From a bacterium (lineage in GTDB: Bacteria > UBA9089 > UBA9088 > JAGUXG01), in NCBI GenBank assembly GCA_043798435.1, contig JAZDOR010000128.1, positions 1 to 45,419 on the forward strand: a stretch of 45,419 nt of DNA, given 5' to 3'. Positions 41,035 to 45,419 of the stretch are shown here, piece after piece. The first letter of the stretch is position 1. Every line of letters begins with the position of its first letter. The notes beneath the pieces were generated by a model. The model worked only from the letters and a program-made list of their open reading frames with translations, was not told the DNA's origin and made no database searches. The translations under genes and the position numbers were made by a program.

Positions 41035-42009
41035 CTAACAGGAAAGCCACTTAGCCACATCTTTAGCAAAGTAGGTGATGATTATATCAGCACCTGCCCT
41101 CTTTATGCAGGTTAGAACCTCCAGGACAACCCTCTTTTCATCAAGAAATCCTGAAGAGCCCGCAGCCTTAATCATAGAATACTCACCACTCACTGAATAG
41201 GCGGCAACTGGATAGCCAGTCTCTTCTTTTACCCTGAGAATGAGATCAAGATAGGCTAAGGCAGGCTTCACCATCACAATATCCACACCCTCAGCTATAT
41301 CCAGCCGTATCTCCCTTAAAGCCTCGTCGCTGTTGGCAATGTCTAATTGATACGAACTCCTGTCTGAAAAGCGTGGAGCACAGTCTGCCGCCTCCCTGAA
41401 GGGTGAATAGAAAGAGGAGGCATATTTGGCTGAATATGACATAATGGCCGTATCAGAAAAGCCTGCTTCATCCAAACACTTTCTGATAGCAGCGACCCTT
41501 CCATCCATCATATCAGAGGGAGCAACCATATCAGCTCCAGAGGCTGCCTGGGATAGGGCTATCTTTGCCAGAAGCTCTAAACTTTCGTCATTTGCAACCT
41601 TGCCATTTCTTACTATCCCACAATGACCAGAAGTTGTATACTCACAGAGGCATGTATCAGTAATCACTATCATATCTGGCACATTAGCCTTAATCTCAGC
41701 CACTGCCATCTGGATTATCCCATCCTTGGCGTAGCTTTCAGACCCCATCTCATCCTTTATCTTTGGTATCCCAAAAAGAAGAATGGCTGGAATGCCAAGA
41801 GTCTTTGCCTCCCTCACCTCTTCTATAAGCGTATCTATAGAGAAATGAAAGATGCCCGGCATAGACCTTACCTCTTTTCTTATGCCTTTGCCGTGGACAA
41901 CAAAGTATGGCATAACAAGGTTATCTATAGAAAGCCTTGTTTCCCTTATCATTCTTCTCAAAGCCTCAGATTTACGCAACCTTCTTGGTCTATAGATAGG
42001 AAAATACAT
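41035..42009 (-). CDS. hemB: Porphobilinogen synthase (delta-aminolevulinate dehydratase)
   Basis: RPRRLR, DTCLCEYT.SGHCG (Zn-type Cys cluster), MVAPSDMMDGRV, SYSAKYAS.FYGPFR-like, VMVKPA, YSVSGEY. Start at the ATG at 42009, preceded by GGGAGG. The ORF-track extension is repeat-derived. Confidence 0.93.
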   Translation of the reverse strand: MYFPIYRPRRLRKSEALRRMIRETRLSIDNLVMPYFVVHGKGIRKEVRSMPGIFHFSIDTLIEEVREAKTLGIPAILLFGIPKIKDEMGSESYAKDGIIQMAVAEIKANVPDMIVITDTCLCEYTTSGHCGIVRNGKVANDESLELLAKIALSQAASGADMVAPSDMMDGRVAAIRKCLDEAGFSDTAIMSYSAKYASSFYSPFREAADCAPRFSDRSSYQLDIANSDEALREIRLDIAEGVDIVMVKPALAYLDLILRVKEETGYPVAAYSVSGEYSMIKAAGSSGFLDEKRVVLEVLTCIKRAGADIIITYFAKDVAKWLSC

Positions 42010-42043
42010 CTTTACCTCCCATATGCAATCTGATAGATAGCTC

Positions 42044-42155
42044 GATATAAATAGAACACGGATAACGCTGATGAAATGGATAAACACGGATTTTTATATT
42101 TTAATCTGTGTAAATTCGTAGTATCCGTGTCATCTGCGTGCTATTATCTCTTATT
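42044..42155. repeat. 112-bp cacggata/tatccgtg element upstream of hemB
   Basis: gatataaatagaacacggataacgctgatgaaatggataaacacggatttttatattttaatctgtgtaaattcgtagtatccgtgtcatctgcgtgctattatctcttatt. Paralogs at 43336-43445 and 43461-43571. Confidence 0.85.
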
Positions 42156-42196
42156 GAAATGCTAAATTTGCAATTTACAATGAATTTCCTCTGCCT

Positions 42197-43294
42197 TTAC
42201 GGCGCATCTAAACACATACCATTCTCTATATAACAACAAGGGTCCTCTGCCCAGATATCTTTATTAGAAAACCCTGCTCTAACCCGACAGCCACCACATA
42301 TATCTTTATATTTACACTCGCCACATCTTCCAGTAAGATAGTGTTCCTTTTCTCTGAGTTTAACTAAGAATTCATTTTCATTCCAGATTTGACTAAATCC
42401 TTTTTCTCGGATATTCCCTAAGCTTTCTCTCCAGAACTGGCAGGGATAGAGATCCCCTTTTGGGTCAATACAGACCAATTTCTTACCTGCAGAGCATCCA
42501 CTATACATCAGCAAGTGCTTTCTTGTCCGCTCTTTTTCCTCTTGAGGCACATAATTTAATAGACTTACGCCATCTGCTGGGTTGCAGACAGTGAGTATCT
42601 CTAATCTATCGGAAAGCTCTTCTGCCTTTTTTAGAAGATACTCAATATACTCACCCCTCTCAGAATTGTCAAGGTCATACTCCGTAATATCCCTTCCCCT
42701 TCCAGTATAAACAAGGTTATAGATACATAGCCTCTTAATCCCTTCCGATAGCACAAGCTCAATTATCCCGGGAAGCTCTTTTAGGTTTAGCTTGGTAATG
42801 GTAAGCCTCACCCCTGCCTTTATTCCTTCTTTTTTTAAGAGCCGTAAGCCCTCTAAGGCTTTATCAAAAGCACCCTCTACCCTTCTAAACTTATTATGTG
42901 TCTCCCTAAGTCCATCAAGGCTTATGCCGACATAAGAAAAACCTGAGTCTTTAATCTTCTTTGCCACATCAAAAGTGATTAAAGAGCCATTGGATGAAAT
43001 AGCCGTCTCTATCCCCCTTTCTTTAGCCAGGGCACCCAACTCAAAGATGTCTGGTCGCAGAAGAGGTTCTCCTCCAGAAAGGAGAAGCAGGGAGACCCCC
43101 ATATTAGCTAAATCATCAATTAAGCCTTTTGCTTCCTGGGTAGATAGCTCATTCTGATACTCTTTGTCAGAGGCAGAGATATAGCAGTGGCAACAACTAA
43201 GATTGCATCTATTGGTAATATTCCAGGCTACTATTGGCTTGCTCATTGCAGAGCTTGCCGACTCTCCCTTTAATAACTTAGTAATTCTAATCAT
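42197..43294 (-). CDS. Radical SAM / SPASM-domain enzyme, AhbC/AhbD/NirJ-like (probable alternative heme pathway)
   Basis: ITNRCNLSCCHCY radical-SAM cluster. GGEPLL. C-terminal SPASM Cys pattern (CSAG...C.....CGECKYKDICGGCRVRA). Adjacent to hemB. Start at the ATG at 43294. Confidence 0.7.
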   Translation of the reverse strand: MIRITKLLKGESASSAMSKPIVAWNITNRCNLSCCHCYISASDKEYQNELSTQEAKGLIDDLANMGVSLLLLSGGEPLLRPDIFELGALAKERGIETAISSNGSLITFDVAKKIKDSGFSYVGISLDGLRETHNKFRRVEGAFDKALEGLRLLKKEGIKAGVRLTITKLNLKELPGIIELVLSEGIKRLCIYNLVYTGRGRDITEYDLDNSERGEYIEYLLKKAEELSDRLEILTVCNPADGVSLLNYVPQEEKERTRKHLLMYSGCSAGKKLVCIDPKGDLYPCQFWRESLGNIREKGFSQIWNENEFLVKLREKEHYLTGRCGECKYKDICGGCRVRAGFSNKDIWAEDPCCYIENGMCLDAP

Positions 43295-43335
43295 AATTTG
43301 TAAAATTATATATGTAATCCGATATAGATAACTTA

Positions 43336-43571
43336 ACATAAATAGCACACGGATAACGCTGATGAAACGGATATTCACGGATTTTTATATTTCATCTGTG
43401 TCCATCCATAGTATCCGTGTCATCCAAAGTGCTATTCTATTTTAAGCCATCATTGAAGTTGACATAAATAGCACACGGATAACGCTGATGAAACGGATAT
43501 TCACGGATTTTTATATTTCATCTGTGTCCATCCATAGTATCCGTGTCATCTGCGTGCTATTATCTCTTATT
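43336..43571. repeat. Two tandem copies of the cacggata/tatccgtg element upstream of the radical SAM gene
   Basis: Copies at 43336-43445 and 43461-43571 are nearly identical over about 95 bp (acataaatagcacacggataacgctgatgaaacggatattcacggatttttatatttcatctgtgtccatccatagtatccgtgtcat). Confidence 0.9.
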
Positions 43572-43574
43572 ATC

Positions 43575-45275
43575 CTAATCTATACTGCCTACTGTTCCAC
43601 TGCCTCCTGCCTCCGAACCTTTTATCCCATAGAGAACAATCATCCTTTCTGCAATCTCACGAAATACGGGTGCGGCAATTGTTCCTCCATATCTTACCCC
43701 TGCTTGTGGCTCATCTATCATCACCAGTATAGCTACCTTTGGATCTTCTGCTGGAAACCACCCGACAAAGGAGGCAACAACCTTATCCTTGTCATATCCG
43801 TGAGGGGAAGCCTTCTCTGCTGTTCCTGTCTTTCCACAAATCTTGTATCCCGCAATTTTAGCTGAAACACCTGTTCCTTTCTCAACAACATCAATCATTA
43901 TATCAGATACCTGCTTTGCCACCTCGCAAGAAATAACCCTTCTCTTCACAGAGGGATAATACTCCTTCACTATGTAATCCTTTCCCTCTGAGACCCGAGA
44001 GACCAGGACAGGTTTGACAAGTAAGCCTTGATTGGCAATAGTGCTGATAGCCATCAATACCTGAAGGGGTGTAACGCCAATCCCATAGCCAAAGGAGAGA
44101 TTAGACTTTGCAAGCTCAGAGGGTTTGTTTCTTGGCAAAATTCCTTTCTCTTCCTCAGCAAGACCAATTCCTACTTTATCTCCAAATCCAAACTGCTTGA
44201 GATAATCAACTAAAATTTTGCCGTCTAATCTCTGGACAGCCTGAGTCATGCCCACATTACAAGAGTTTATCAAGACATCCCTGAAGGTCTGGTCTCCGTG
44301 TTTATGGACGCAGGAGATTTTTCTCCCTCCTACCTCCATACTTCCTGGACAGAAGAATTTATCACCCTCCTTCACCACCCCTTCCTGTAATAATATGGCA
44401 CAGACAACAGCCTTGAGAAGTGAGCCTGGTTCTGTAATCCAAGAGATGGCTCTATTTTTTAAGCTATCTTTTTCAACCTTTTTCCACTCAGACGGGTTCC
44501 AGTCAGAATAGACATTTGGATCAAAAGATGGCCAGCTACAACTGGCAAGAATCTCACCAGTCCCAACTGCCATCACAATTACAACCCCTCCCTTTGCCTG
44601 ATATTTCAAGCAGGTTTCTTTCAACCTCTTATAGGCAAGGTATTGGATGTTTGAAGAGATAGAAAGAGAAAGGTTATATCCACAAAGCTTCTCTGGAAAT
44701 CTCTCTTTGGTATAGGTAATAGAGCCTACGCCATCTTTTTCTATCACTATCTTCTGGCTTCTGCCTGCAAGATACTTATTCCATGCCCCTTCAATCCCAC
44801 AAAGCCCTTGAATCTTCTCGGCATCATCCTCAAATTTTACAAAACCGAGAAAGCTGCCTATGGGTTCACCTAAGGGGTAAAACCTCTTACATTCAGGAAG
44901 AAAGTTGATATTAGGAATCTTTTCTCTTTCTATCTTTTCTGCCAGACTCCTTGGAATTCTCCGAACAATCCAACCCACCTTTTTGGGGGAGGCTCCACAC
45001 AGCCTGGCTATTTTAGATAAATCTTTGCTTTGCATTCTTTTGGGAGAATAAATAGACCAGGTCTCATTACTCATAGCTAAAATTTCATTATCCCTATCAA
45101 ATATTGTGCCGCGTGGCATGACATAAGTTCTATCTCTTTTCTGTATCCTGTTTGCCTTCTTGACAAACTCACCCCTTTTTATTACCTGAATATCAAATAA
45201 ACGGACAACAACCACAAGAAAGACAAGGACTGTTATCGCCCAAACAATGATTATTCTTTTTTGATATGGTCTCAT
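43575..45275 (-). CDS. Class B penicillin-binding protein (FtsI/PBP2-type peptidoglycan D,D-transpeptidase)
   Basis: N-terminal TM anchor, PBP dimer domain (RGTIFDRDNEILAMS). Transpeptidase motifs SLLK (in EPGSLLKA), SCN, KTGTA. Confidence 0.88.
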   Translation of the reverse strand: MRPYQKRIIIVWAITVLVFLVVVVRLFDIQVIKRGEFVKKANRIQKRDRTYVMPRGTIFDRDNEILAMSNETWSIYSPKRMQSKDLSKIARLCGASPKKVGWIVRRIPRSLAEKIEREKIPNINFLPECKRFYPLGEPIGSFLGFVKFEDDAEKIQGLCGIEGAWNKYLAGRSQKIVIEKDGVGSITYTKERFPEKLCGYNLSLSISSNIQYLAYKRLKETCLKYQAKGGVVIVMAVGTGEILASCSWPSFDPNVYSDWNPSEWKKVEKDSLKNRAISWITEPGSLLKAVVCAILLQEGVVKEGDKFFCPGSMEVGGRKISCVHKHGDQTFRDVLINSCNVGMTQAVQRLDGKILVDYLKQFGFGDKVGIGLAEEEKGILPRNKPSELAKSNLSFGYGIGVTPLQVLMAISTIANQGLLVKPVLVSRVSEGKDYIVKEYYPSVKRRVISCEVAKQVSDIMIDVVEKGTGVSAKIAGYKICGKTGTAEKASPHGYDKDKVVASFVGWFPAEDPKVAILVMIDEPQAGVRYGGTIAAPVFREIAERMIVLYGIKGSEAGGSGTVGSID

Positions 45276-45277
45276 GA

Positions 45278-45419
45278 TAGTTTAGAGTGTATAGTTTAGA
45301 GTGTATAGTTTAGAGTGTATAGTTTAGAGTGTATAGTTTAGAGTGTATAGTTTAGAGTGTATAGTTTAGAGTGTATAGTTTAGAGTGTATAGTTTAGAGT
45401 GTATAGTTTAGAGTGTATA
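45278..45419. repeat. 14-bp tandem array (tagtttagagtgta), about 10 copies, running off the window edge
   Basis: Perfect 14-nt periodicity read directly from 45278 to the end of the window. Begins 2 nt upstream of the PBP start codon. Confidence 0.95.

Noticed and set aside
42010-42087. N-terminal ORF extensions (hemB to 42087, radical SAM to 43378, HEAT to 14620, PG-binding to 18476, PPDK_N to 27398, TPR lipoprotein to 22037, response regulator to 23412).
   Set aside because: All of the extensions except the HEAT one read into intergenic repeat elements. hemB and the radical SAM gene even share the false peptide FISVIRVLF. Internal ATGs with canonical protein N-termini are available, and those of hemB and the PG-binding gene are preceded by SD sequences.
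42197-43294. The radical SAM gene as the missing AmmeMemoRadiSam partner of the Memo-AMMECR1 fusion at 116-1576.
   Set aside because: It has a C-terminal SPASM-type Cys cluster and sits next to hemB, which fits AhbC/AhbD/NirJ-type heme enzymes. It is also about 40 kb from the fusion gene.

Overview
AT-rich (about 40% GC by eye) chromosomal segment from what looks like an uncultivated diderm bacterium. It is gene-dense and mostly transcribed on the minus strand. Housekeeping genes: def, mtnA, a MeTr/AcsE-like pterin methyltransferase, glmS, ccdA, nusA, tyrA, a DAHP synthase, ribF, hemB, a radical-SAM/SPASM enzyme, a class B PBP, and four tRNAs (Met, Leu-TAA, initiator-like Met, Arg-TCT). Accessory content:

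1. A tightly overlapping four-gene operon at 3356-5232: small membrane protein, LamG-like/class III nucleotide cyclase fusion, MNT, HEPN. The MNT-HEPN pair is bracketed by a 112-bp direct duplication of the cyclase 3' end, and a MazEF-like pair lies next to it. This is my best candidate for an undescribed signalling or defence system.
2. A visibly GC-rich, apparently horizontally acquired single gene (37181-38914) encoding an ABC-type ATPase fused to a Toprim/DUF4435-like domain (OLD/fused-PARIS-like).
3. Two further toxin-antitoxin pairs (HicAB, DUF4258/DUF2283).
4. A degraded ISL3 transposase.
5. A 1041-aa membrane TPR protein with 13 acidic ~30-aa tandem repeats.

The most pervasive signal is non-coding. 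Almost every intergenic spacer holds MITE-like 'word-hairpin' elements. They share conserved termini of two classes, one of which reads as a near-consensus sigma70 promoter. Their cores differ and are built from a short word repeated in both orientations. These elements also supply CDS tails (def, tyrA). One sits in frame inside ribF as a 73-codon insertion. One forms a near-identical 172-bp inverted pair around a 3.7-kb kinase/HicAB/PPDK_N segment. One forms a 14-bp tandem array of at least 10 copies upstream of the PBP gene at the window edge. No CRISPR array or rRNA was seen. All functional calls come from motif recognition by eye, not database searches.
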